NCBI GenBank assembly: GCA_963753595.1
Contig: CAVWCX010000018.1
Span: forward strand, 62,262-126,261
DNA from: Candidatus Methanoperedenaceae archaeon
GTDB taxonomy: Archaea; Halobacteriota; Methanosarcinia; Methanosarcinales; Methanoperedenaceae
Reading direction: 5' to 3'
Length of the DNA stretch: 64,000 nt
Position numbers and translations under genes: made by a program. The notes under the pieces were generated by a model. That model made no database searches. It was not told the DNA's origin and saw only the letters and a program-made list of their open reading frames with translations. Shown one piece after another: positions 28,643-39,700 of the stretch (position 1 is the first letter of the stretch; every line of letters starts with the position of its first letter).

Positions 28643-30145
28643 ATGCGACTCGCCCCCGAACTCAAATCCAAAATAGACGCACTCTGGGATAAATTCTGGA
28701 GCGGCGGCTTATCCAACCCCCTCTCATCCATCGAGCAGATGTCATACCTGATTTTCATGAAGCGCCTTGAGGACATGGACGTGGCTGAGCAAAAGAAAGC
28801 GCATGCGAAAAAGCAGCCCTACAAATCCGTTTTTGAGGGACAGGAGGATTGCAGGTGGTCAAGCTGGAAGCATTATCCTGCTGAAAAGATGCTCACTCAT
28901 GTAAGGGACATTGTGTTCCCTTTTATCAAAAACATACACGACGGGGAAAAAACGCTCTTCTCACAGCACATGAAGGATGCGGTTTTCATCATCCCCAAAC
29001 CCTCGCTCCTGCAGGAAGCTGTCGCAATCCTTGATGAATTGAATATCACAGCGCAGAACAGGGACACGCAAGGGGATATCTATGAATACCTGCTTTCTGA
29101 GCTTAAATCCGCAGGCAAGAACGGCCAGTTCAGGACGCCAAGGCATATAATCGGGATGATCGTGGAGCTTGTTGATCCTGATATCGGGGACAGGATTTGC
29201 GACCCGGCATGCGGAACAGCAGGTTTCCTGATCAACGCCTATGAATACATAATCAGGAAACACACCAGCCCTGAAATGGTAACGGAAGACGATGAAGGGA
29301 AATATTACGGGCTGTATGGCGACAAAATATCAGATAAGAACGCCTGGACATTGTTATGGAGTTCTTTCTACGGCTATGACTTTGAGCCCACGATGGTAAG
29401 AATATCCCTTATGAACATGGTGCTTCACGGGATTGCGACACCCAAAATTGAGCTGGTTGATACTTTATCCAAGCAATTCACGGAAGAGAACAAATATACA
29501 GTGGTGCTTGCAAATCCACCATTTAAAGGAAGTATTGATAAAGGCGATATCAACGACCATCTGACAGTGGGCACGACCAAGACCGAACTCCTTTTTGTTG
29601 AAAGAATGATGAACCTGCTCCAGATAGGAGGAAAATGCGGCGTAATAGTGCCTGATGGTGTGCTGTTCGGGACTTCAAACGCGCATAAAAAGCTGCGGCA
29701 GCTCCTGCTTGAAAAATGCCAGCTTGAAGCGGTCATTTCCATGCCTTCCGGGGTTTTCAAGCCATATGCAGGCGTTTCCACTGCGGTTCTTATTTTCATA
29801 AAAGGGGATAAAACCGATAAGGTCTGGTTCTATGATATGGAAGCGGATGGCTATTCACTTGATGATAAACGGAATTTTATAGATGGAAAGGGAGACATAA
29901 CCGATATCATTCGTAATTTCAGGAAACGGTATGAAGCTAACCCATTAGACAGGAAAGGCAAGTGCTTCTTTGTTCCTGTTGGGGAAATTATAGAAAATGG
30001 ATATGACCTTTCGATATCAAAGTACAAGGAGATTGAATATGAAGAAGTTGCCTATGAAAAACCCGAGGTAATCATAGGGAAAATAGAAGGATTAGAGGAT
30101 CAGATAAAAGCGAACATTGCTGAGTTGAAAGGTATGTTGGAATAG
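28643..30145 (+). CDS. hsdM: Type I R-M methyltransferase subunit M (N6-adenine)
   Basis: GQFRTPRH, DPACGTAGFL, ANPPF. Confidence 0.96.
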   Translation: MRLAPELKSKIDALWDKFWSGGLSNPLSSIEQMSYLIFMKRLEDMDVAEQKKAHAKKQPYKSVFEGQEDCRWSSWKHYPAEKMLTHVRDIVFPFIKNIHDGEKTLFSQHMKDAVFIIPKPSLLQEAVAILDELNITAQNRDTQGDIYEYLLSELKSAGKNGQFRTPRHIIGMIVELVDPDIGDRICDPACGTAGFLINAYEYIIRKHTSPEMVTEDDEGKYYGLYGDKISDKNAWTLLWSSFYGYDFEPTMVRISLMNMVLHGIATPKIELVDTLSKQFTEENKYTVVLANPPFKGSIDKGDINDHLTVGTTKTELLFVERMMNLLQIGGKCGVIVPDGVLFGTSNAHKKLRQLLLEKCQLEAVISMPSGVFKPYAGVSTAVLIFIKGDKTDKVWFYDMEADGYSLDDKRNFIDGKGDITDIIRNFRKRYEANPLDRKGKCFFVPVGEIIENGYDLSISKYKEIEYEEVAYEKPEVIIGKIEGLEDQIKANIAELKGMLE

Positions 30146-30178
30146 CCTTGAATGGAAAAATGGAGAACGTACGAAAAA

Positions 30179-30709
30179 TTAATGCCCCGCCTCTGCGTGC
30201 AGCGCCGCGTACCTCTCCGTGATCAGCGCCCGCTTCAGCTTGAAAATAACCCTCTGCTTATCGAAATTGAACTGCTCACCCAGCATCTTCACGAGCCTCT
30301 TCTTTGATCCGCCCTTCAAGCCCATCTCTGTCATAATGCCATCTACGAATTCCTTGTTCGGGTCAGCTTCCTTCTTTACTTCTGCTTTTGATGCTTCTGT
30401 TTTTATTTCAGAGACAGGTTCGGCCTTTACAGCTTCAGCTTTAGGCGCCGCAGGTTTTGGTGCGGATGCAGTGGCTTTTACAGGTTCTGCCTTACCAGTT
30501 TCAATCTTTGGGATTGTTTTGACAGCCTTTTCCTCAGGTTTTTGCACATTCTGGACTGCTGATGGCGCCTTGACTGCTGCTGCTTTTTGAGCATCGGTCT
30601 GTGAAAGCGCAAGCAAGGTTGCCTTTGCCGCATCTTTTGCTGCCTTATCATCGATCTTTGGCTTCTGTGCTTTAACATCTTTCTTTACTGCTTCTGCCAT
30701 TTCCATCAC
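30179..30709 (-). CDS. Hypothetical protein: Ala/Lys/Pro/Glu-rich disordered N-terminus plus a small helical domain; last gene of the hdr operon
   Basis: Start overlaps the stop of the fdhA-like gene. Confidence 0.72.
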   Translation of the reverse strand: MMEMAEAVKKDVKAQKPKIDDKAAKDAAKATLLALSQTDAQKAAAVKAPSAVQNVQKPEEKAVKTIPKIETGKAEPVKATASAPKPAAPKAEAVKAEPVSEIKTEASKAEVKKEADPNKEFVDGIMTEMGLKGGSKKRLVKMLGEQFNFDKQRVIFKLKRALITERYAALHAEAGH

Positions 30710-32115
30710 CTCGAAATCTCAACTGGCGTAATAATTCCCTTCTCTATTCCGAAACTTTTCCCTGTGAGCAGGACATTATCCTGCACCGGCGCCACTTTGA
30801 ACTTCTTTTCTAAAGTGTTGCCATTTGATTTTATCTTTATCGTTGCGCCTTTAAAGAGCTTTAGCGCCCTCACAGTGTTCAAATTAAGCTCAACGAAGTC
30901 ATTGTCATCAGCAAGGTTGAACCACATGAAAGGATTATACACATCAATAAGTGTTGGTTTTGCTTCTATTGGTCCTGGCGCTGCCTGTATCACGCCGTAT
31001 GCGGGCCTGTCATATTTCGGGATAGTAAATTCATCGACAGCCGTGATGCCGATCGCTTTCTTTACTGATTCATGGAGCGCATTAAAATCAAATTTGGCGC
31101 CTGCAATGATCCCGAGCGCATCAAGCCCGCTCGTTCCGGCGCCGCCCAGTGCCTGCGCCCTTCCCTCATTGTTTATGAGCGTGCCTTTTTTCTTGTAAAG
31201 CGGTTCATGCGCAATAATGATGTTCGCTTTTGCAGATATTGCCTGTCCTGTCTGGATTATCAGGTTCGTGAGTTTTGAAAGAGTCTCTGGCGGTATCAAC
31301 ACTGATGGGTCGGACTCAAGAGCAAAAAGCGTCTTTATTGTTCCTTTGTTGATATCATCAATAAGCTGTGCAAGAGATTTGGCCTTTGCATCCTTTGACA
31401 GGATATACGCGCCTGATGAATTCGCAAAAGGCTTGAGGAATGTTACTTTTGCTTCTGCGTTCTTTGCCAGTGCCAGGACGCTTTTGACCTGCTCAATATC
31501 AGAGAGAGGATGGAAATCAGCAATGATCACCGAATCTTTTGTAAGCTGCAATTTTGAGACATCATTTGGCCTGATGTTTTCATTTGCCAGCGGCAGGTCT
31601 TTCCACCACACGGCTGTGATTTTTGCACCTTTGTTCTTTGCAGAAAGTATGCGCCGCACTATCAGGGGATACTGTTCATACGGGTCAATGAAAAGCACGA
31701 TATGCTTTGCAGCCTCTATATCGCTGTAAGGAATTCCTACACTGATCGTCTGATATACATCTTTCGGGAGCGCCTCAAAATTTACTCCCGTGCATAAATA
31801 TGATTCAGCGATCTTCTGGAATGCAAGAAGCTCTTCACTTGTGGTATTGCCTGGTGAGAGAAAAGCCACGGAACCCTGAGCAATTCGCTTTGCTCCTTCC
31901 TTTGCAGCCTCATCAAGCGTTGTTTCCCTGCCATCCACAATTGACTTTACCGGGTCATAGAACCGTGGGAGGCTCATCCCGAACCTGCACAGTTTTCCGG
32001 CATTGGCAGGTGATGATTTCCTGAAATCAATTCCTTTGGCGTCATTCTCACGGATATATAATCCACAGCCGAAATTGCAGCCCGGACAAATTGTTGAATA
32101 AACATTGTCGCTCAT
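30706..32115 (-). CDS. Truncated FdhA-like molybdopterin oxidoreductase-fold protein, probably non-catalytic
   Basis: N-terminal CPGCNFGC...GKLC 4Fe-4S motif and KKGTLINNEGRAQ. Only 469 aa, with no Cys/Sec-His active-site motif. Confidence 0.8.
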   Translation of the reverse strand: MSDNVYSTICPGCNFGCGLYIRENDAKGIDFRKSSPANAGKLCRFGMSLPRFYDPVKSIVDGRETTLDEAAKEGAKRIAQGSVAFLSPGNTTSEELLAFQKIAESYLCTGVNFEALPKDVYQTISVGIPYSDIEAAKHIVLFIDPYEQYPLIVRRILSAKNKGAKITAVWWKDLPLANENIRPNDVSKLQLTKDSVIIADFHPLSDIEQVKSVLALAKNAEAKVTFLKPFANSSGAYILSKDAKAKSLAQLIDDINKGTIKTLFALESDPSVLIPPETLSKLTNLIIQTGQAISAKANIIIAHEPLYKKKGTLINNEGRAQALGGAGTSGLDALGIIAGAKFDFNALHESVKKAIGITAVDEFTIPKYDRPAYGVIQAAPGPIEAKPTLIDVYNPFMWFNLADDNDFVELNLNTVRALKLFKGATIKIKSNGNTLEKKFKVAPVQDNVLLTGKSFGIEKGIITPVEISR

Positions 32116-32573
32116 TCGATCACCCGTATTTTATTGATCTTGCTTCCAGGACGCAATGGAGCCAATCCTGAAGAAGTTCTCCAGGGCATTTCTGTAAATG
32201 GAAATTTTCTGCCCGCAAAATCACGATCCAGATCCATATCATGAATTTCATCAAAGGGATGCAGAGTGGTTAATCCTGATGAATTTTTCAATGTCTTGCC
32301 AGAAAGAGGTACAGAGATTTCTGAAAAGCTTTCTTGTTCCTTGTTTTCCTCTCCTGCTGGAATTCCTTTATCAGCAAAATCACTCTTAATGTTCCCATCC
32401 TGGATTTCATTAACTAAAATTTCATTAACAAATCTCAAAGGAGTTAATCCCGGAGCATTTTTTATAGCCTCTATATTCAACATTCCTTCTCCGGAACATG
32501 AATCCAGCCCGCCCCCACATTTATCTTTCCTCATCTGTGGTCTGTATTCAATAAATTGATTATATTCATTCAT
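32112..32573 (-). CDS. Hypothetical protein with three internal repeats
   Basis: APGLTPLR / SSGLTTLH / SSGLAPLR; overlaps both neighbouring genes. Confidence 0.62.
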   Translation of the reverse strand: MNEYNQFIEYRPQMRKDKCGGGLDSCSGEGMLNIEAIKNAPGLTPLRFVNEILVNEIQDGNIKSDFADKGIPAGEENKEQESFSEISVPLSGKTLKNSSGLTTLHPFDEIHDMDLDRDFAGRKFPFTEMPWRTSSGLAPLRPGSKINKIRVIE

Positions 32574-33720
32574 TTAATTTCACCTCGAAATAGGGGGGCT
32601 TACGCATATCCATTCCCGGCTCATACTTTAACTCCTCCTGCACAGGATTTGCAAACCTCCTGTATAATCTCGTAAGCGGAATATCAACAGGACACACATC
32701 ACTGCACTGACCGCATCCGATACATGCATCTGCAAGGTGCAAAAAGCGAACGAGGTGATACATCGACATCTTATAAGCGTCTCCTCTGGAATGGTATTCA
32801 GTACACTTTGAGACATCACCACAGGAACATGTAGGGCAAATCGTCTTACATGCGCCGCAGTCGATGCAATGTTCAAGCTCTTTCCTGAAATATTCAAGTC
32901 TTCCATTCTCGATCGGAACAAAGACCTTTCCCTTCCATTTCTTTCCAAGGTCTTCCATAACGCCTTTTATCTTGGCGCGCATTGCAACTCCTTTCTCATC
33001 AGGCTTCTGCACCTGCACATATCCTGCATCAATTGCATTTTGCAGGAGCGCAGCGCCTTTTTCCGAATTGATCTCAACGAATGTGGCTTTTCCCACAAGG
33101 TCCCCGGTAACACCCCAGTTGCCGCATGCAATATCAGAATTATTTGGTATCTTTATTGTGCAGTATCGGCAGCTTTCACGCCTTCCATATCCTTTTTCTT
33201 CAAGCTCATCAATAGTTATGGCATGCTCTTTCCCGTCTTTTGTCTCAAAAATTAGTTTTCCCTTCTCGATCTCCTCACCGTGCACATCTTCAGGCTTTAT
33301 CTTGTACATCACTTCAAGCATCTCTCTTGTAACAACGGGGTGCATTGACCCGCCGCAGTTAAGACCAACTATGAAAGTATTATCCAGATTTATCGCGTTG
33401 CGCTTTCCCTGTTCAATTATCCCGCGCACATCGCATCCTTTTGCGGGAAGTGCGACTTTCAGGTTCTTGTTAGCGATCAGTTTTGCAAAGTTGCTGGGGA
33501 CAGAGTGCAGTGAACCCGCAGAGTTCAATACTTCATTAACATCAGATGTAATAACCGGAACTGCTTCGAACTCATTTATCTTCTTCAAAACAACAACTGC
33601 ATCGACAATCTTCTTTTCAAGCGCTGCTGCCAGCATTGAGGTTACAAGACCTCCTGAGCCTCCGTGTTTTCTTACTTCTTCTTTTGTTGACCACCCAACA
33701 TACATCTCACCTTTTTGCAT
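32566..33720 (-). CDS. fdhB: F420-interacting FdhB/FrhB-family flavoprotein with C-terminal 2[4Fe-4S]
   Basis: SGGLVT, KGCD, GLNCGG, RRESCRYC, DIACGNWG, CIDCGACKTICP, CIGCGQCSDVCP. Confidence 0.9.
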   Translation of the reverse strand: MQKGEMYVGWSTKEEVRKHGGSGGLVTSMLAAALEKKIVDAVVVLKKINEFEAVPVITSDVNEVLNSAGSLHSVPSNFAKLIANKNLKVALPAKGCDVRGIIEQGKRNAINLDNTFIVGLNCGGSMHPVVTREMLEVMYKIKPEDVHGEEIEKGKLIFETKDGKEHAITIDELEEKGYGRRESCRYCTIKIPNNSDIACGNWGVTGDLVGKATFVEINSEKGAALLQNAIDAGYVQVQKPDEKGVAMRAKIKGVMEDLGKKWKGKVFVPIENGRLEYFRKELEHCIDCGACKTICPTCSCGDVSKCTEYHSRGDAYKMSMYHLVRFLHLADACIGCGQCSDVCPVDIPLTRLYRRFANPVQEELKYEPGMDMRKPPYFEVKLNE

Positions 33721-34181
33721 TAAACCACCCCCTCAGGTTTCAATGGACTTGGACCGAGTTTCTTTATCTGGGCTGTGACCTCGCGTATGAAATTCGCGAA
33801 CTTTTCGCCTTCGCTTGCCGATATCCAGTTAAGCTGGAGCCTTTCTTTTTCGATGCCAAGCTCACGCACAACGTTTTCAAGATACTTATATTTGACCTTT
33901 GTCTTATCATTTCCACTAACGTAATGGCAGTCGCCGATATGGCATCCTGTCACAAGCACAGCATCAGCGCCTTCAAGGAAAGCATTGAACACATGCAGCG
34001 GGTCTATCCTTCCCGAACACATGACACGTATGATCCTCGCGGACGCCGGCTGCTGGAATCGTCCCATCCCCGCGCTGTCAGCGCCTCCGTATGAACACCA
34101 GTTGCAGCAAAACGCTACGATCTTGGGTTCCCAGCCATCATTCTTTGCAGCCACTGGGGCTGCTGCAGCTTCTGCGCTCAT
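33720..34181 (-). CDS. mvhD: MvhD/FlpD [2Fe-2S] subunit
   Basis: [31 protein letters not shown]. Confidence 0.95.
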   Translation of the reverse strand: MSAEAAAAPVAAKNDGWEPKIVAFCCNWCSYGGADSAGMGRFQQPASARIIRVMCSGRIDPLHVFNAFLEGADAVLVTGCHIGDCHYVSGNDKTKVKYKYLENVVRELGIEKERLQLNWISASEGEKFANFIREVTAQIKKLGPSPLKPEGVV

Positions 34182-36187
34182 GCCGCCACCTCCTGGAACT
34201 TGAACACATTCTTAACCTGTGCCAGTATCTGGTTATTCTTGAAGTGGCTCTGCTCAAGCGCACCCGTCGGGCATGCCGCTACGCATGTTCCGCATCCTTT
34301 ACAAAGCGCTTTGAGAACACTTGCTTTTCCAGCTTTTTCATCAAACTTGATAGCCTGGAATGGGCACATTGTGATGCATACTTCGCATCCCACACAAACA
34401 TCAGGATTTACGACTGCTGTGATACCTTCTGTTATCGCTTTCTTGTTCTTCAATAAAATAGTGGCACGGCCTGCGCATGCGCTGCCCTGGGAAACAGCAT
34501 AGGGAATATCCTTTGGGCCTGAAGCGCAGCCAGCGAGGAAAACGCCGTCTATAGTGGTATCAACTGGTTTTAATTTTGGATGTGCTTCCATAAGCAGGCC
34601 ATCTGCTGCTTTTGATAATTTTAACAACTGCTGTATCTTGCCTATGCCTTCATTGGGAACGATACCCGTTGCAAGTACAAGAAGATCGAATTCAAGATTC
34701 CTCATTTCACCGGCGAGTGTATCCTCGACCCGCACTTTGATATTCTTAGTAACTGGGTCTTCTTTCACTTCCACAGGTCTTCCGCGCAGGAATTTTACAC
34801 CAAGATTGCGCGACCTGTTGTATGATTCCTCATATGCCCTGAAGGGTGTCCTGATATCGATATACATTACAGTATGGTCTGTTTCAGGCCGCTTCTCTTT
34901 AAGGAGCTGCGCGTTCTTTATCGTGTACATACAGCACACGCCTGAACAGTAAATATTAGTAGCCTTATCACGCGAACCCACGCAGTTCACAAATCCAACG
35001 CGTATTGGTTCTTTGCAGTCCGATGGGCGCACAACGTGACCACCGGTCGGCCCTGCAGCATTAAGAAGCCGCTCAAATTCCATAGCAGTAATAATATTAT
35101 CATATAACCCATATCCGAAATCGTGCCTTGGCATAGGGTCATATGTATTAAAACCAACTGCGCCTATAATTACACCAACATTAAGGTCAGTATATGAAGG
35201 CTCCATATCATAGTTTATTGCACCGCTGGCGCATGCTTTTGCACATGCCTTGCAGTTGATGCAGTTTTCCTTGTCGATAAGAGCGCGTAGAGGAACAGCC
35301 TGCGGGAATGGGACATATATCGCTTTTCGGGTGCCGAAGCCTTCGTTAAAGTCATAAGGCACTTCAACCGGACAGACCTCGCTGCATTTAGCACATCCTG
35401 TGCATTTCGCGACATCAAGGTATCTGGGTTTGTGTTCTATCTTCACGTTGAAATTGCCAACATAACCATCCACTGCTTTCACTTCAGAATAGCTCATTAT
35501 CTTGATATTCTTATTACGCGCAACTTCCACCATCTTGGGACCAAGGATACATATTGAACAGTCATTCGTGGGGAACACTTTGTCAAACCGCGCCATCCTT
35601 CCACCTATTGAAGGTTCCTTTTCAACAAGATAAACATGGAAACCCATGTCTGCAAGGTCAAGAGCAGATTGCATTCCGGCAACACCCGCGCCGATGACAA
35701 GAGCTGTATCATTGACCGGAACTTCGCTTGCCTGCAATGGCTCAAGCAGTTTTGACCGCTCAACCCCCATTCTGATAAGGTCTTTTGCCTTCTCAGTGGC
35801 TTTCTCTTTTTCCCACATGTGTATCCATGAGCAGTGGTCTCTGATATTTACAAATTCAAGGAAGTACTGGTTCAACCCCATCTCTTCGATACAGGCACGA
35901 AATGTCGGCTCATGTGTTTTTGGAGAGCACGCAGCAACAACGACGCGGTTTAAGTTGTGTTCTTTTATCTTTGCCTGGATATCAGCCTGGCCTGAGTCAG
36001 AACATGTGAACTTGTTAACGGATGTTACTTTTACACCAGGCAGTGTTCCGATGTATTCGGCCACAGCTTTTGTATTTACAACACCTCCGATATTCACTCC
36101 GCATTCGCATACAAACACTCCTACCCGTTTTTCTTCCTGATCAACCTTTGATTCAACAGGTTCCTCATCGCCCTTATTATCACTCAT
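34178..36187 (-). CDS. hdrA: Heterodisulfide reductase subunit A (canonical length)
   Basis: [30 protein letters not shown]...CSGVCC, inserted and C-terminal ferredoxins. Confidence 0.96.
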   Translation of the reverse strand: MSDNKGDEEPVESKVDQEEKRVGVFVCECGVNIGGVVNTKAVAEYIGTLPGVKVTSVNKFTCSDSGQADIQAKIKEHNLNRVVVAACSPKTHEPTFRACIEEMGLNQYFLEFVNIRDHCSWIHMWEKEKATEKAKDLIRMGVERSKLLEPLQASEVPVNDTALVIGAGVAGMQSALDLADMGFHVYLVEKEPSIGGRMARFDKVFPTNDCSICILGPKMVEVARNKNIKIMSYSEVKAVDGYVGNFNVKIEHKPRYLDVAKCTGCAKCSEVCPVEVPYDFNEGFGTRKAIYVPFPQAVPLRALIDKENCINCKACAKACASGAINYDMEPSYTDLNVGVIIGAVGFNTYDPMPRHDFGYGLYDNIITAMEFERLLNAAGPTGGHVVRPSDCKEPIRVGFVNCVGSRDKATNIYCSGVCCMYTIKNAQLLKEKRPETDHTVMYIDIRTPFRAYEESYNRSRNLGVKFLRGRPVEVKEDPVTKNIKVRVEDTLAGEMRNLEFDLLVLATGIVPNEGIGKIQQLLKLSKAADGLLMEAHPKLKPVDTTIDGVFLAGCASGPKDIPYAVSQGSACAGRATILLKNKKAITEGITAVVNPDVCVGCEVCITMCPFQAIKFDEKAGKASVLKALCKGCGTCVAACPTGALEQSHFKNNQILAQVKNVFKFQEVAA

Positions 36188-36213
36188 TTAACTTCACTTC
36201 CTTGAACATTAGT

Positions 36214-36275
36214 TACAGATGAAACTGGATGAGCCGATGCATTCAATCTGCGTTCATCGGCTATTATCTGCGTTT
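36214..36275. repeat. Triple-repeat hairpin element (CGCAGAT type) between mvhD and hdrA
   Basis: Minus strand reads CGCAGATAA-TAGCCGATGA-ACGCAGATT, loop, then ATCGGCTC-ATCCAGTTTC-ATCTGTAA; overlaps the mvhD stop codon. Confidence 0.7.
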
Positions 36276-36710
36276 TCTCACTGGATTTTCACCCAATTTC
36301 TTAATCTCTTCCGTAAAATCCCGAATAACTTCTGAGAATCGTAATCCTTCGCTGGCAGATATCCACTCAAGCCTGAGCCTCTTACCGAATCCAAGTTTTT
36401 CCAGCGCTTTTTTGGTATTATTTATCCTGACTTCTGCATTCTTATTTCCATCAATGTAATGGCAGTCCCCGATGTGGCACCCGGCCACAAGAACGCCGTC
36501 GGCTCCGTCTTTCAATGCTTTTAAAATGAATGCAGGTTCCACCCTGCTGGAACACATAACACGCAGGACTTTAACCGTTGGCGGGTATTGGAACCTGCTC
36601 ACACCCGCAAGATCTGCGCCTGCGTATGAACACCAGTTACAGCAAAATGCGAGTATATTTGGTTCCCAACCCTCTGATTTTGGTATTCCTCCTGCCACTT
36701 CCGTGCTCAT
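36264..36710 (-). CDS. mvhD: MvhD/FlpD [2Fe-2S] subunit (second copy)
   Basis: [28 protein letters not shown]. Confidence 0.95.
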   Translation of the reverse strand: MSTEVAGGIPKSEGWEPNILAFCCNWCSYAGADLAGVSRFQYPPTVKVLRVMCSSRVEPAFILKALKDGADGVLVAGCHIGDCHYIDGNKNAEVRINNTKKALEKLGFGKRLRLEWISASEGLRFSEVIRDFTEEIKKLGENPVRKRR

Positions 36711-39700
36711 ACCGTCACCTCCACGATGCCTTTTTCAATTGAAATGCTCTTTACACCCTTATCGAAAGCATCAATCGCCTCACCTATCTCTTTTGATGAG
36801 AAATGCTGCGCTGTGATAGCTCCGGCAGGACAGGCGGCTGCGCATGAACCGCAACCCTTGCAGGATGCAGCGTTTATTTTTGATTTCTTTGTTGTGTAAG
36901 TGACCTCTTCCACTTTCACGGTCACATCATACAATGAAGGCGCATTATAGGGACACACTGTAACACATGTGCCGCAGCCAATGCATTTAGCTTCGTTCAC
37001 AACTGAAACAGCGCCCTCTGTTTCAATGAATTTCCTGGATAGTATTGTGCATGCGCGCGATGCTGCAGCGCTTGCCTGCGATATTGCTTCATCTATGAGT
37101 TTTGGCGCCTGGGCGCTTCCGCAAAGGAATACACCATCAGTTGCAAAATCCACTGGCCGTAGTTTGGGATGAGCTTCAAGGAAGAATTTGTTCTTATCAA
37201 GTGGTATCTTAAAAAGCTGGTTTATTTCTTCATTTTCTCCTGCCACGAGAGGCGTGCTCAGGACAACATGGTCTGATGCCAGTTCAATATCCTGGTTGAG
37301 CATTGAATCATGTACTATAACTGACCCGCCCTGTACTTTCGGTGGATTCTCGGCCTCGTATTTAATAAATATTACGCCAAGGTCTCTTGCATTTTCATAG
37401 AGTTTTTCCATCACGCCATATGTTCTCATATCCCGATACAGGACAAAGACATTTGCTTTGCTATTTGCTTTCTTTACTCTTATCGCGTTCTTGACCGCAT
37501 CCACACAGCATGTGCGGCCGCAGTATTCCCTTTCCTTATTACGGGCTCCGACACACTGGATCATCGTAATGTTATTTGCGCTGATACCTTTCCCGAGCAT
37601 TTTTTCAAATTGTGCCTGTGTAACTACACGGCTATCTTTGCCGTAATTGAATAATCCCGAAGGCTCAAGATTCCGTGCTCCGGTAGCAATGACCGCTGCT
37701 CCAAAATCGATCGTCAGCTCCTTTCCGGCTGCAAGGACTACTCCTTTGAAGTTGCCAAGGTAACCTTCGACCTTGATGAGTTTTGCCTCATTTATTACTT
37801 TGATATTTTTATTTCCATTTACTTTGCCCGTGAGTTCTTTTAATACATCAGCGGGCTTCTTGCCATCATACAACTCCGTCATTTCACGAAGCATTCCGCC
37901 AAGTTCTTTTTCTTTTTCGATGATCGTCACATGATAACCATTATTTGCAATATCAAGCGCAGCAGTCATGCCAGCCACACCGCCGCCAAGTACTAATGCC
38001 TTATTGATAAGCGACACCTGCTGTTTATAAAGCGGCTGGAATAGAGCGGATTTTGCGACTGCCATCTGTACGATACCTTTTGCTTTCTCGGTGGCTTTTT
38101 CCTTCTCCTTCATATGAACCCAGGAGCAATGCTCACGGATATTGGCAAGTTCGAACAAATATGGATTAAGTCCTGCCTCGCGGCAGGTATTCTGGAATAA
38201 AGGCTCATGTGTGCGCGGCGTGCATGAGGCAACAACCACGCGGTTTAGATCATGGTTCGCGATCGCATCTTTGATCGTGACCTGGGAATCAGAAGAGCAT
38301 GCATACAGCATCTCCCGGGCATGGGCTACACCTGGCAGTGTTTTCGCATATTCCACAACATTGGGGACATTGACCACGCTTCCGATATTTATTCCGCAAT
38401 GGCACACGAATACACCTATGCGCGGCAGAGGCGAGAGCTGTTTTTCATCAGGGAATTTTCTCTCTTTAATAAGCGTTCCGCGCTCACCCGATAATAATGC
38501 TGCGGCCTTTGATGCAGCTGCACTTGCCTGCGCTACGGTATCAGGGATATCTTTTGGTCCCTGCGCCACGCCGCATACATATATGCCTGCAACGCTTGAC
38601 TCAACAGGATTCTCTATGCTTGTGGCAATATTACCGAAATCATCAAGCGCAATACCCGACGATTGCGCAAGTTCGCGGGTTGAATCAGCAGGATCAAGCC
38701 CGATCGAGAGAACGACAAGATCAAAATCCTGCGACTTGAGGTCGCCTGTGTTGAAATCTTCATATTTCAGGGAGAGGGCATTATTTGCGCCCACGACAAC
38801 TTCAGGCGGGCGTGAGTTGATGTATTTGATCCCATATTCTCTTTGCGCCCTGTTGTAGAATTCCTCGAAATTCTTGCCATACGCCCTTATATCGATATGG
38901 AAAATAGTAATATCAAGTCCAGTGTCATGTTCTTTTGCTATTATTGATTCTTTTGTTGCATACATACAGCACACGCTAGAGCAGTGTTTTCTATCTATGC
39001 GCGGATTTCGCGAGCCTACGCACTGGATAAAAGCAATGTTTTTCGGGACTTTGCCGTCAGATTGTTTCGTGACATGCCCCTGCGTTGGGCCGCTGGCGCT
39101 GAGCAGGCGCTCGAACTGGAGCGAGGTTATGACATCGGGATGATCAAAACGGTAATTCTTGAGAATGGACGGGTCAAATGGCTTAAAACCTGTTGCGAGA
39201 ACAACTGAACCCACATTTAATTCAATTTCTTTATCCTTTTGTTCATAGTCCACAGCTTTTGGCCCGCAAACTTTCTTGCATACGCCACATTTGCCTTTTG
39301 TCAGAAATAAGCAATGTGCGGCATCAATTGTAGCGATCCTTGGTATAGCCTGTGCAAACGGGATATAGATGGATTTGCGTTTACTCATTCCGGCATTATA
39401 TTCATCCGGGACTTTTGAGGGACATTTTTCAGTGCATGATCCGCAGCCTGTGCATTTTGTCTCATCAACGAAGCGTGCTTTCTTTACAACTTTGACTTTG
39501 AAATCGCCTGCTTTACCGCTTATGGATTTAACATCGCTGTATGAGATCAATTCAATATTCGGGTGCCTTGCAGTTTCCACAAGTTTTGGAGATAAGATGC
39601 ACATGGCACAATCGTTTGTCGGGAACGTCTTGTCAAGTTGTGACATTACCCCGCCAATGCTGGGTCTTGATTCTATAAGATAAGTCTTAAAACCGCTGTC

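Noticed and set aside
30706-32115. Selenocysteine or active formate dehydrogenase alpha subunit
   Set aside because: No in-frame TGA and no Cys/Sec-His catalytic motif; the protein is too short.
32864-33778. 304-aa plus-strand ORF and many other antisense ORFs in the track
   Set aside because: They are shadow frames opposite well-supported genes, with no recognisable motifs.
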